DNA of 32,000 nt from Acaryochloris marina S15. GTDB lineage: Bacteria > Cyanobacteriota > Cyanobacteriia > Thermosynechococcales > Thermosynechococcaceae. The position numbers and the translations under genes were made by a program. The first letter of the stretch is position 1, and each line of letters opens with the position of its first letter. The DNA is taken from contig NZ_CP064923.1 in the NCBI RefSeq assembly GCF_018336915.1, forward strand, positions 4,800,001-4,832,000, given 5' to 3'. The notes below the pieces were generated by a model that had not been told where the DNA came from, searched no databases, and saw only the letters and a list, made by a program, of their open reading frames with translations. Shown here piece by piece: positions 22,787 through 32,000 of this stretch.

Positions 22787-24733
22787 CTATTCTTCTGCTG
22801 TGGGATCAAGAATGACCGGTCGAGAAAGTTCGCCATCCGGATCCGGGGCATAGGTTTCAGCAGGCGGCGGTGCTGCCGGTGGAGCTTGCCGCTGGACTGG
22901 AGCGGGTTCTGGGTCATATCGAGGTTCTGGGTCATATCGAGGCTCGGGCTCATACCGAGGTTCTTCTCGACGTCGGCGAGAAGCATAAATCGCATCCCGT
23001 TCGGCAGCCCAAGCCGCAATCTTATCCTGCGCATCATAATAGAGGGCTCTACCATAACCAATCTGGGAGGCAGTTGCGATCGCATCCGACAAACGACCAT
23101 TCCGGGCTAAGGCATTTGCTTCATTGAGAATGGGGCGATCTTCAACGGATTGAATGTCAGCGACCCAAGCGTAAATATCGTCTTGAGCTTCTCTATGGAG
23201 CGACCGTCCAGATTCAATTTGTTCAGCGGTTTTGATGGCATCATTTAACTTACCAGCCTTAGCTAGCTGACGAGCCTCATCCAGAATTGGCTGATCTTCC
23301 ACCTTTTCAATGGATCCTTCCCATTCCTGCATCAGAGTTTGGGCTTCATCCCGTAACGGATTACCAAACTCCACTTTCCGCGCTTCCAAAATTGCAGCTT
23401 GGAACCCTGCCGTCGTCTTTTGAGTTGCAAATTGACGAGCCCGAGCCAATACCTGACGATCTTGGAAGGTATTGATCTGTTGATTCCATTGGGCAATCAA
23501 AGTTTGGGCCTGAATCCGACCCGGCTTCTCCGTATCAATCAAGGCCGCATGATCCATCGCCAACTGATAGGTATGAACGTTATCGACATTGGCAAAGAAT
23601 TTCGCCAAATGGAGCTGGCCAGTATTTTGAATTTTTTGCTCCCAGGCGTCAACGCGATCGCGATTTTTTTCAAACAAGTCACTCTTGCGATCAATCTGCT
23701 CCGCTAAAGTCCACGCATGGATATAGCTATAGAAATCATCCTCCTCAACCGTCGCCTCAGCCCGACTCAGCTGCACTAAGGTCGTTGCGTTCTTAGCCGC
23801 TTTAGTATTGGGGGGAATCCGTTGTGCAGCCGCAATAGCCTTTTCAAACTGGCCATACTCTTGGTGCTCTTCTGACAAGTCAAGGAGCTTCTGGCTCCAC
23901 TTTTCAATATTCTTTTGAACTTCTTCTTTCGCAAGGCGCTTAGGATCAATTTTGCTAGCCAGTTGAATCGCTTCGGATAAGTCCTTAGCACGACCATAGG
24001 CGGCTATATCTTGAGCTTTATACAGATCCTGAAAGGCTTTTTTCTCAATCGCCATATCCCCCAGGATTTTATCGGCTTGATCTTGCCAATAGCCGTCTCC
24101 CAATTGGACTAAAGACCGAACCTGCAGGGCAGCCTGAGTCCAATCCTGCTTTTTAATCGCCTTGCGAGCATTTTCTAAGGACTCTTCACCCAATTCCCAG
24201 TTGGCTTCCCAGCGCTTAATTAAGCGTTTGGACTCGGGTTGAATACTGCTGGCTGCAGGTACTTCCTTCGCCAGACTAATCGCTTCTTTCAGATTACCTT
24301 TAGCGATTTCTTGGCGGGCTAGCCCCAACATAGAGCGAGACCATTCATCTGATAGCAGGGAAACCCGTGGATATAACGGATGTTCTGCATCCCATTTATC
24401 AGCAATGGCTAGAGCCGCTTTGACATCTTTGACATTACCTTTACGGGCCAACTGATCAGCGCATTCTAGCTGTTCTGCTTCAGACAGAGTTGCGGCAATC
24501 TGCTTACAGTTCGGTGACGGCGGCAGACTGGACAACCATTGCAAGGCCGTAGCGCCTGTCACCCAAGACACAACAATGGTGATCAACCAGGGCCACCCTT
24601 TGAAAGTTACAATTTTGCCCAAGGTATTTTGGACCTTCTGGAGTTTGGGATTTTGCCCAGGGTCAGGCAGCTCGGATCCTTGTCCAGGCTCCAGAGAAGG
24701 AGGGTTACTGTCAGCGGGTTGGTTACTCGTCAT
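22787..24733 (-). CDS. membrane-anchored helical-repeat protein of unknown function with a C-terminal Pro-rich tail
   Basis: 648 aa from ATG 24733. There is one TM helix (WPWLITIVVSWVTGATALQWL). It is followed by many degenerate repeats of about 35-40 aa of the type A...I..W.......D..IL.EA..LA..G.L..AI..A..I. The tail reads EPRYEPEPRYDPEPRYDPEPAP...PPAAPPP. Confidence 0.7.
   Translation of the reverse strand: MTSNQPADSNPPSLEPGQGSELPDPGQNPKLQKVQNTLGKIVTFKGWPWLITIVVSWVTGATALQWLSSLPPSPNCKQIAATLSEAEQLECADQLARKGNVKDVKAALAIADKWDAEHPLYPRVSLLSDEWSRSMLGLARQEIAKGNLKEAISLAKEVPAASSIQPESKRLIKRWEANWELGEESLENARKAIKKQDWTQAALQVRSLVQLGDGYWQDQADKILGDMAIEKKAFQDLYKAQDIAAYGRAKDLSEAIQLASKIDPKRLAKEEVQKNIEKWSQKLLDLSEEHQEYGQFEKAIAAAQRIPPNTKAAKNATTLVQLSRAEATVEEDDFYSYIHAWTLAEQIDRKSDLFEKNRDRVDAWEQKIQNTGQLHLAKFFANVDNVHTYQLAMDHAALIDTEKPGRIQAQTLIAQWNQQINTFQDRQVLARARQFATQKTTAGFQAAILEARKVEFGNPLRDEAQTLMQEWEGSIEKVEDQPILDEARQLAKAGKLNDAIKTAEQIESGRSLHREAQDDIYAWVADIQSVEDRPILNEANALARNGRLSDAIATASQIGYGRALYYDAQDKIAAWAAERDAIYASRRRREEPRYEPEPRYDPEPRYDPEPAPVQRQAPPAAPPPAETYAPDPDGELSRPVILDPTAEE
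22905..22958. repeat. in-frame 18-bp tandem repeat (2 perfect units plus 1 unit with 4 mismatches) encoding PRY[ED]PE x3
   Basis: GGTTCTGGGTCATATCGA occurs at 22905-22922 and 22923-22940. GGCTCGGGCTCATACCGA is at 22941-22958. A partial fourth unit follows. Confidence 0.9.
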
Positions 24734-24890
24734 ATCCTCAGGACTAAAGCAGAAAATCACACAGAGACTTGCTCAACATTATTTGTAAATAATTTGTTCT
24801 ATCCTGCACATCCCTAATATGGAGGTCTGGCAGAAACAAGCCTCATGTAGATAATAGGCTAGAAAACTGAGAATTGACAGTTCAGCAAAA

Positions 24891-24971
24891 ATAGCCCATC
24901 CATCCAAGGAAAGATATCGACGTTGGGTGACACCTAGGCGACCCACAGTTTTCCTTGGATGGATGGGCTAT
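24891..24971 (-). terminator. 22-bp perfect inverted repeat with a 37-nt spacer; possible rpmI-rplT terminator
   Basis: ATAGCCCATCCATCCAAGGAAA (24891-24912) pairs with TTTCCTTGGATGGATGGGCTAT (24950-24971). On the minus strand the hairpin lies 54 nt after the rplT stop and is followed by TTTTGCTG. Confidence 0.45.
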
Positions 24972-25024
24972 AAATAACGGGTTGATGCTGCTGGGACTAA
25001 GCGTATCGCTCTCTTGACGAAGCG

Positions 25025-25375
25025 CTATGCCTTACCGGCAAGTTCGACAATTTTGCTAAAGCTGTCCGGATCTGTAGCGGCAAGTTGGGCGAGCATCTTG
25101 CGGTTGAGTTGAATATCAGCCTGCTTTAGCTGTCCCATAAATTTGCTATAGCTCACACCATGCTGCCGAGTTGCAGCATTGATGCGGGCAATCCACAAAC
25201 GGCGAAAATCCCTTTTGCGCTTACGGCGATCGCGATAGGCGTTACGTAAGGCTTTCATCACCTGTTGGTTCGCCATTCTAAATAGGCGAGAATGGGAGCC
25301 TCTGAAGCCTTTGGCAAGCTTTAATATCTTTTTGCGGCGCTTACGAGCAACGTTACCGCGTTTGACGCGAGTCAT
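25025..25375 (-). CDS. rplT: 50S ribosomal protein L20
   Basis: [33 protein letters not shown]...; 116 aa. Confidence 0.97.
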   Translation of the reverse strand: MTRVKRGNVARKRRKKILKLAKGFRGSHSRLFRMANQQVMKALRNAYRDRRKRKRDFRRLWIARINAATRQHGVSYSKFMGQLKQADIQLNRKMLAQLAATDPDSFSKIVELAGKA

Positions 25376-25456
25376 GGTCTTGGTCCTTGTTTATGATTTT
25401 TTAGGTAGGGAAAACTATTTTAGGTATGAAGTCGAAGCCTGGCTCAGGTTCTCTTC

Positions 25457-25654
25457 CTAGGAGTAGGGCATCATAGCTCTAACGTTTTCTGCATCTTGCT
25501 CGCTGACAACACATTTCTTAGAGAGGCGACTCTTACGGTCGGGACCTTTATGCTCTAACAAGTGATTCTTGTATGCCTTGCGACGCATAAATTTGCCACT
25601 TCCGCTTCTTTTAAAGCGTTTGGCAGCGGATCGTCGGGTTTTTAGTTTGGGCAT
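25457..25654 (-). CDS. rpmI: 50S ribosomal protein L35
   Basis: [36 protein letters not shown]...; 65 aa from ATG 25654. The longer ORF-track start at 25720 is rejected. Confidence 0.95.
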   Translation of the reverse strand: MPKLKTRRSAAKRFKRSGSGKFMRRKAYKNHLLEHKGPDRKSRLSKKCVVSEQDAENVRAMMPYS

Positions 25655-25941
25655 TGTTCGTCTAGGATCGCAGCATCGACACAAACTAGCATCATAGTAT
25701 ATGTAATAACCGATTGACAATAGCTGATCAGAACGGATGGATTGTCACCCTAATAGCAGTAGGCAATCTGAGAGAAGACTCCTATATGTGGGCCAAGGCT
25801 ACTGACTGAATGCAGGACGGCAATACCTATCCCTGAGGGGGGGAAGACCGACCTTTAGCAACGCCCTCTCCTCTCTACAATGGCAGTAGGCACCAAGCCC
25901 GCCTGAAGTTAATCCCCAATGTCCAGGAGGTTCCCGAATTC

Positions 25942-28566
25942 ATGCAACCCACCAATCATGACCAATTTACCGAGAAGGCTTGGGCTGCGATTGTACGGAC
26001 CTCTGACTTGGCGAAAGAGGCCCAGCAACAGCAAATTGAGAGCGAACATCTTCTACAAGCGCTCGTTGAAGAAGATGGTTTAGCGGGACAAATTTTTACC
26101 AAGGCTGGAGCTGATGTGCAGCGAGTCCGCGATCGCACCACGGAATTCATTAATCGACAAGCCAAGCTCACCACTCCCAGCGAGTCGGTTTACCTAGGTC
26201 GAAGTCTAGACACCCTCTTTGATCGAGCCGAAAACTTTCGCCGCTCCCTCGGGGATGACTTTATCTCCATTGAGCACTTGGTTTTAGGCTATATCGAAGA
26301 TGATCGATTCGGCCAGCCCCTCCTCCAAGGGCTAGGCATCACGGAGCCAATGCTCAAGCAAACCGTCACCGAAATTCGGGGGAGTCATAAAGTCACGGAC
26401 AAGAATCCAGAGGGAAAGTATGAATCCCTAGAAAAATATGGTCGGGACCTGACGGAACTGGCGCGGGAAGGCAAGCTAGATCCTGTGATTGGCCGAGATG
26501 ATGAGATTCGACGCACCATCCAAATCCTGTCGCGGCGTACGAAGAATAATCCAGTTTTGATTGGAGAACCGGGCGTCGGCAAAACAGCCATCGCAGAAGG
26601 GTTAGCCCAGCGAATTGTGGCCCGCGATGTGCCGGAATCCTTGCGCGATCGAAAATTGATTGCCCTAGATATGGGGTCCCTGATTGCTGGGGCTAAATAT
26701 CGGGGTGAATTCGAAGAACGTCTCAAGTCCGTCCTCAAAGAAGTCACCGAGTCAGATGGGCTGATGATCTTGTTTATTGATGAGATTCATACCGTCGTCG
26801 GAGCAGGTGCCAGTCAAGGAGCAATGGATGCAGGCAACTTGCTTAAGCCCATGTTGGCCCGAGGCGAACTACGCTGTATTGGAGCCACCACTTTAGACGA
26901 ATATCGCAAATATATTGAAAAAGATGCTGCTCTAGAACGACGCTTCCAGCAGGTCTATATCGATCAGCCCAACATTCAGGACACCGTCTCGATTCTGCGG
27001 GGTCTGAAGGAACGCTATGAAGTCCATCATGGCGTCAGGATTTCGGATAATGCCCTCGTTGCTGCAGCCACCCTCTCGACCCGCTACATTAGCGATCGCT
27101 TTTTGCCAGACAAAGCGATTGACCTCATGGATGAAGCGGCGGCCAAACTCAAAATGGAGATTACCTCGAAGCCAGAAGAGCTGGACGAAATTGATCGCAA
27201 AATCCTGCAGCTAGAGATGGAGCGTCTATCTCTAGAGAAAGAAAGCGATCGCTCGTCTCTAGAGCGGCTCGAACGGATCGAACAAGAGATTGCCAATTTA
27301 CAAGAAGATCAGAAGACCCTAAATGCTCAGTGGCAATCTGAGAAGCAGATCATTGATGATATTCAAACTATCAAAGAAGAAATTGATCGGGTCAATATTG
27401 AAATTCAGCAAGCAGAGCGTAACTATGATCTTAATCATGCAGCTGAACTCAAATATGGCAGACTTACCAATCTCCAACGGCAGCTAGAATCAGCAGAAGC
27501 CCAGCTGGCTCAGCGCCAAACCAATACCAATTCCCTCTTAAGAGAAGAAGTGACCGACGCTGACATTGCCGAAATCATCTCTAAATGGACAGGAATCCCC
27601 GTTAGCAAGCTGGTGGCTTCAGAGATGGAGAAGCTGCTGCACCTGGAAGATGAGCTGCATCAGCGGGTGATTGGCCAGGAAGAAGCAGTGACAGCTGTAT
27701 CCGATGCGATTCAGCGATCGCGGGCCGGTCTTGCTGACCCCAATCGTCCCATTGCTAGCTTTATTTTCTTAGGTCCTACAGGGGTGGGCAAAACAGAACT
27801 CGGCAAAGCCTTAGCCGCCTACCTCTTTGATACCGAAGATGCCATGGTCCGCATCGACATGTCGGAATATATGGAGAAGCATACAGTGGCCCGGATGATT
27901 GGGGCCCCTCCTGGCTATGTCGGCTATGACGAAGGAGGGCAACTCACGGAAGCGGTACGCCGTCGTCCTTATGCCGTCATTCTATTTGATGAAATTGAGA
28001 AGGCCCATCCCGATGTCTTCAATATCATGCTGCAAATTCTTGATGATGGCCGGGTTACAGATTCCCAGGGTCGGACCATCGACTTTAAGAATGCGGTGAT
28101 TATTATGACTAGCAATATTGGCTCCCAACATATTTTAGATTTGGCAGGAGATGATAGCCGCTACAGCGAAATGCAGAGTCGGGTCATGGATGCTATGCGT
28201 TCGCACTTCCGACCTGAATTTCTCAATCGGATTGATGAGCTGATTATTTTCCGCAGTCTACGCAAAGATCAGCTCCGAAATATCACCAAAATACAGGTGC
28301 AACGACTGGCGAAACGGCTGGGCGATCGCAAGATGTCTCTCAAACTTTCTGAAACGGCTTTAGATTTCCTCGCAGAAGTCGGTTACGACCCGGTCTATGG
28401 AGCCAGACCTTTGAAGCGAGCCATTCAGCGAGAGCTAGAAACCCAAATTGCTAAAGCGATTTTGCGCGGAGACTTTGGTGAAGGGGACACGATCTTCACC
28501 GATGTTGAGAGTGAGCGGTTGACCTTTAAGCGCATGGGTGCAGAAGTCTTAACCACTTCGAGTTAA
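25942..28566 (+). CDS. clpB: ATP-dependent chaperone ClpB
   Basis: 874 aa. It has the Clp N domain, two AAA+ modules ([10 protein letters not shown] and [10 protein letters not shown] Walker A motifs) and a long coiled-coil middle domain between them. Confidence 0.97.
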   Translation: MQPTNHDQFTEKAWAAIVRTSDLAKEAQQQQIESEHLLQALVEEDGLAGQIFTKAGADVQRVRDRTTEFINRQAKLTTPSESVYLGRSLDTLFDRAENFRRSLGDDFISIEHLVLGYIEDDRFGQPLLQGLGITEPMLKQTVTEIRGSHKVTDKNPEGKYESLEKYGRDLTELAREGKLDPVIGRDDEIRRTIQILSRRTKNNPVLIGEPGVGKTAIAEGLAQRIVARDVPESLRDRKLIALDMGSLIAGAKYRGEFEERLKSVLKEVTESDGLMILFIDEIHTVVGAGASQGAMDAGNLLKPMLARGELRCIGATTLDEYRKYIEKDAALERRFQQVYIDQPNIQDTVSILRGLKERYEVHHGVRISDNALVAAATLSTRYISDRFLPDKAIDLMDEAAAKLKMEITSKPEELDEIDRKILQLEMERLSLEKESDRSSLERLERIEQEIANLQEDQKTLNAQWQSEKQIIDDIQTIKEEIDRVNIEIQQAERNYDLNHAAELKYGRLTNLQRQLESAEAQLAQRQTNTNSLLREEVTDADIAEIISKWTGIPVSKLVASEMEKLLHLEDELHQRVIGQEEAVTAVSDAIQRSRAGLADPNRPIASFIFLGPTGVGKTELGKALAAYLFDTEDAMVRIDMSEYMEKHTVARMIGAPPGYVGYDEGGQLTEAVRRRPYAVILFDEIEKAHPDVFNIMLQILDDGRVTDSQGRTIDFKNAVIIMTSNIGSQHILDLAGDDSRYSEMQSRVMDAMRSHFRPEFLNRIDELIIFRSLRKDQLRNITKIQVQRLAKRLGDRKMSLKLSETALDFLAEVGYDPVYGARPLKRAIQRELETQIAKAILRGDFGEGDTIFTDVESERLTFKRMGAEVLTTSS

Positions 28567-28604
28567 TAGCGTTTCGGCCTCGCTAAAATTGTGAATCATA
28601 AGCA

Positions 28605-28634
28605 AAAGCCCCCCAGGAAACGCTGGGGGGCTTT
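28605..28634. terminator. bidirectional rho-independent terminator between convergent clpB and the NuoM-type gene
   Basis: AAAGCCCCCCAG-gaaacg-CTGGGGGGCTTT is a 12-bp stem with a 6-nt loop. A-run and T-run flanks put a U-tract on both strands. Confidence 0.7.
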
Positions 28635-28660
28635 GAGTGAGGAGTTATTAATGCTTTAAG

Positions 28661-30133
28661 CTACATCACGGTGCCGCCAATACTGGCTAGCAAATCTTGC
28701 AGTGTAGGAATAAAGAAGCTGAGGATATATCGAGGATAAATACCAATTCCTAAGGTGATAACCAAAAGAGGAATGATAGTGACTACCTCGCGGATATTGA
28801 TATCCGGCAAGCTGTCCCACTTAGGATTGGCAGGTCCCAACAGCACCCGACGCACCATAAACAGGAGATAACAGGCTGCTAAGAGAATGCCTAAACAGGC
28901 AAAAGCAGTATATAGCTTGCTGTACTCATAGGCACCCAGCAAGACTAGAAACTCACTGACAAAGCCGCTAAGACCCGGTAGCCCCAAAGAGGCGAGGGAG
29001 AAGAATACCAAAAATCCAGAGTAAACCGGAAGTTGAGCATTCAACCCACCAAAAGCGTTCATATCGCGGGTGTGGGCCCGGTCATAAATCACGCCTACCA
29101 GCAAGAACAGGGCTCCAGTGATCACACCGTGGCTAAACATCTGCAGCATGGCCCCGTTAAAGCCATTGGTGGAGAAGGCTGCTAGGCCCAACAACACGAA
29201 TCCCATGTGACTGATGCTGGAATAGGCCACCATCTTTTTAAAGTCGGTCTGGGCGAGAGCAATAAAACCACCGTAGACAATACCAATGGCCGCCAAAATG
29301 GCGAGATAAGGTCGAAACCAGTTCGCGGCTTCCGGCAAAATAGGGAAGCTAAAGCGGAAGAATCCGTAAGTTCCCATTTTGAGCAAGACACCCGCCAGAA
29401 TCACGCTGATGGGGGTTGGAGCTTCCACGTGAGCATCGGGTAGCCAAGTATGGAAAGGAAAGGTGGGAACTTTGACTGCAAAGCCCACAAAGAGCGCTAA
29501 GAAGACCAGCTTTTGAAATCCAAAGCTAAAGTCTTGGTTTACCAGCTCCATAATGTTGAAGGTGTGAGGGGCGGAGTTAAAGTACAGCCCCAAAATGCCA
29601 ACCAACATCAGCAAGCTACCGGCAAAGGTATACAGAAAGAATTTCATCGCTGCATACTCTTTCCTAGCTCCCCCCCAAATACCAATCAAGAAGTACATGG
29701 GAACGAGAACCACTTCCCAAAAGACATAGAACAAAATCATGTCTAGAGCCAGGAAGGTCCCCATCATGCCGGTCACTAGGAAGAGATACAGGCAGTAGTA
29801 TTCCTTTTCCCGTTTCTTGATACTGAAGGAGCCGATACTGGCCAGGGTAGAAATTAAAGCGGTTAAGACCACCATTGGAAAGCTAATACCATCGGTTCCC
29901 AGCAGGTAATAGACATTAAGCTGAGGAATCCAGAGGGTCTTTTCGACCAGCTGAAAGCCAGTCTGATTCGGGTCAAATTGGAGAAATGCTGCAAATACAA
30001 GCGCACTCACCACAACCATGTTGGCCAAAGATATCCATTTGTAAAGGCTTTCTTGAGCCTTAGGGAGCAAAAGGATTATGACCGCCCCAACGAGCGGGGA
30101 AAATATTATCAAGGATAAAAGATGAGATGCCAT
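28661..30133 (-). CDS. NADH/NAD(P)H-quinone oxidoreductase chain 4 (NuoM/NdhD family)
   Basis: 490 aa: FYVFWEVVLVPMYFLIGIWGG.RK.YAAMKFFLYT, FPFHTWLPDAHVEAPTPISVILAGVLLKMGTYG, AYSSISHMGFV. AGAGGAG lies 4 nt before the ATG. Confidence 0.9.
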   Translation of the reverse strand: MASHLLSLIIFSPLVGAVIILLLPKAQESLYKWISLANMVVVSALVFAAFLQFDPNQTGFQLVEKTLWIPQLNVYYLLGTDGISFPMVVLTALISTLASIGSFSIKKREKEYYCLYLFLVTGMMGTFLALDMILFYVFWEVVLVPMYFLIGIWGGARKEYAAMKFFLYTFAGSLLMLVGILGLYFNSAPHTFNIMELVNQDFSFGFQKLVFLALFVGFAVKVPTFPFHTWLPDAHVEAPTPISVILAGVLLKMGTYGFFRFSFPILPEAANWFRPYLAILAAIGIVYGGFIALAQTDFKKMVAYSSISHMGFVLLGLAAFSTNGFNGAMLQMFSHGVITGALFLLVGVIYDRAHTRDMNAFGGLNAQLPVYSGFLVFFSLASLGLPGLSGFVSEFLVLLGAYEYSKLYTAFACLGILLAACYLLFMVRRVLLGPANPKWDSLPDINIREVVTIIPLLVITLGIGIYPRYILSFFIPTLQDLLASIGGTVM

Positions 30134-32000
30134 AAAACTCCTCTCTGAGCAAAGGAAGTTCTTGGAAACCTGTCGTTAATTCAACGGACAGGAAGGCCAG
30201 AACACTAATGCAAGTAATCAATAAATAAAACTGGGTAGACCCTGTTTGGAACAGCTTGAGGATATCGCCGCCAATGACGGTGCCTCGGCCAGTGAGATTA
30301 ACGAGCCCATCGACAATGTTGCGATCAATCCAGAGCTGGATTTGGCTCATTTTCTGCATGGCGGTAGCTGAACTGTTGACTAAGCCATCAATCACGAGGC
30401 GATCAAACCCAAATAGGAGTTCTCCCAGCGCTTGAAAAGGATTGAGGATTAAGACGGAATAGATGTCATCAATCCAGAATTGGTTAATGGACAACAGGTA
30501 GAGAGGACGAAACGTGGTTGCGATCGCAACCGGCCATTGGGGCTTAGCGAGGTAGAGCACTGCTGCTAGACCAATCCCCAATACACCCGCAGCAATCGAA
30601 GATCCCATCACCATCCAGTCAATCGCGGCCGCATGATGTTCACCCGAGATGAACGCCTGGAACCAGTTATCCATAAACGGTGAACCGGGGATACCCACAA
30701 AGATGGCACCAATAGCTAGACACCAAAGGGGCACTGTCATCAATGCTGGAGATTCATGGGCATGAATCTCAGGGTTACGGGCTTTGCCAAAGAAGGTCAT
30801 AAACACGACACGGAACATGTAGAAGGCCGTCATAAAAGCCGTCAACAAGAGGATGCCGTATACCAAGAAATGTCCTTCTTTATAAGCTTCCAGCAGAATT
30901 TCGTCTTTAGACCAGAAACCAGACAGAGGAGGAACCCCAGCGATTGCCAAAGAGGCAATAATGAAGGTCGCACCCGTCTGCTTCATCTTCCCGAACAGAC
31001 CGCCTAATTGGCGCATATCTTGTTCATGGGCACCGTGGATCACACTGCCTGCACCAAGGAATAGCAACGCCTTAAAGAAGGCATGGGTCATCAGGTGAAA
31101 CGTCCCTGCGGTCATGCCACCCAAGCCCATGGCTGTCACCATATAACCCAACTGGGAAATAGTGGAAAAGGCCAGAACTTTTTTGATATCCGTAGCGGTT
31201 AAGGCAATATAAGCCGCCATAAAAGCGGTCAAGGTGCCGATCCCCATCACCCAGGGCATCACCGCCGGGAAACTGGTGAACAGCACAAAGGAGCGAGCAA
31301 CCAGATAAACACCTGCCGCCACCATCGTCGCCGCATGAATCAAGGCACTCACCGGAGTCGGGCCTTCCATGGCGTCTGGCAACCAGACATGCAACGGAAA
31401 TTGAGCCGATTTACCGACGGTTCCACAAAAGATCAAAGGAGCTGCCAGCCACAGCAACGGTGCACCTGTCTCTACAGCATTGGGAAGATCCACAAAGCTG
31501 AGAGTGCCACCCGTCACAAACAAGGTCATGATGCCGAGAAATAAGCCCACATCACCAACGCGGGTGGTTAAGAAGGCTTTCCGAGAGGCATTCGCGGCTG
31601 AATCCTTGTGAAAGTAAAAACCAATTAGCAAATAAGAGCAGAGACCCATGACTTCCCAAGCCATGAAGTACTGCACATAATTGTTGGCAATGACCAAGGT
31701 CAGCATGGCCGCCATGAACAGGGACACATAGGCAAAAAACCGGTGATAGTATTTCTCACCGTGCATATAGCCAATGGAATAGACCTGAATCAGGGTACCA
31801 ATCACCGTCACCACAAACAGCAAGGTAGCTGAGAGTGGATCCAATAAATAGCCAAAATTGAGGTCATAATTTCCTAAGGTCAACCACAGCCACTCATGGG
31901 AGTACTGGCCGCCTTGGGCGACTGCCCAAGCTGCCGGTAAAGCAATGGCCGAAGAGGCAACACTTGTCAGGACTGAAATCCATCCAGAGAAACTACCTAA
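30060..32000 (-). CDS. NADH/NAD(P)H-quinone oxidoreductase chain 5 (NuoL/NdhF family), 5' end outside the window
   Basis: KSAQFPLHVWLPDAMEGPTPVSALIHAATMVAAG, STISQLGYM, and the lateral-helix motifs FDRLVIDGLVN / IDRNIVDGLVN. The TTG start at 31883 in the ORF track is an artefact. The frame stays open to position 32000 (LGSFSGWISVLTSVASSAIALPAAWAVAQGGQYSHEWLW-LTLGNYDLNF...). Confidence 0.9.
   Translation of the reverse strand, partial: LGSFSGWISVLTSVASSAIALPAAWAVAQGGQYSHEWLWLTLGNYDLNFGYLLDPLSATLLFVVTVIGTLIQVYSIGYMHGEKYYHRFFAYVSLFMAAMLTLVIANNYVQYFMAWEVMGLCSYLLIGFYFHKDSAANASRKAFLTTRVGDVGLFLGIMTLFVTGGTLSFVDLPNAVETGAPLLWLAAPLIFCGTVGKSAQFPLHVWLPDAMEGPTPVSALIHAATMVAAGVYLVARSFVLFTSFPAVMPWVMGIGTLTAFMAAYIALTATDIKKVLAFSTISQLGYMVTAMGLGGMTAGTFHLMTHAFFKALLFLGAGSVIHGAHEQDMRQLGGLFGKMKQTGATFIIASLAIAGVPPLSGFWSKDEILLEAYKEGHFLVYGILLLTAFMTAFYMFRVVFMTFFGKARNPEIHAHESPALMTVPLWCLAIGAIFVGIPGSPFMDNWFQAFISGEHHAAAIDWMVMGSSIAAGVLGIGLAAVLYLAKPQWPVAIATTFRPLYLLSINQFWIDDIYSVLILNPFQALGELLFGFDRLVIDGLVNSSATAMQKMSQIQLWIDRNIVDGLVNLTGRGTVIGGDILKLFQTGSTQFYLLITCISVLAFLSVELTTGFQELPLLREEFYGISSFILDNIFPARWGGHNPFAP

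Noticed and set aside
22905-22958. The short tandem repeat, considered as a possible CRISPR-like or regulatory array.
   Set aside because: The units are contiguous 18-mers with no spacers, and they are in frame inside a CDS (PRY[ED]PE). This is a coding microsatellite, not a CRISPR array.
22646-23127. ORFs 22646-23110 (+), 22771-23100 (-) and 22870-23127 (+).
   Set aside because: They overlap the 3' end of the 648-aa repeat-protein gene and are generated by its Pro/Arg-rich tandem-repeat region. The large ORF has a coherent repeat architecture, so these were rejected.

Overview
The window is a cyanobacterial chromosomal segment. Supporting marks are psbX, ycf66-like and ycf19/YggT genes, a FurA-type Fur, a group-2 RpoD-family sigma factor, and at least 16 exact HIP1 palindromes (GCGATCGC). 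From about 4.4 kb onward it is ordinary core genome: malQ, an FAD oxidoreductase, the sigma factor, fur, acpH, D-glycerate 3-kinase, glgP, msrB, ilvH, psbX, accC, rpmI-rplT, clpB, and a NuoL/NuoM-type pair that runs off the right edge. I saw no rRNA, tRNA, CRISPR array or intact transposase.

The unusual part is the left 4.4 kb. Two adjacent minus-strand genes carry three TIR-type domains. One protein is a tandem TIR. The other fuses a Cap12/PycTIR-type TIR-like domain to a short CHAT/caspase-like domain, and the expected catalytic His of that domain is Ser. None of the partner genes that define Thoeris, CBASS or Pycsar is present.

Each of the two genes is followed by a homologous imperfect palindrome of about 90-100 nt. 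Each palindrome starts inside the gene's stop codon with an RYYYAAC-type core, ends in a GTTRRRY-type core just before the next ATG, and has bulged bases in its stem. This is the architecture of integron attC sites, so the two genes look like a two-cassette array with no integrase in the window (CALIN-like). I rate this the best candidate for an undescribed, possibly mobile, NAD-based defence module. All functional statements about it are inference from motifs read by eye.

Two AT-richer genes of unknown function (a GYF-domain protein and a 171-aa protein) and a 650-bp AT-rich non-coding stretch flank the array.
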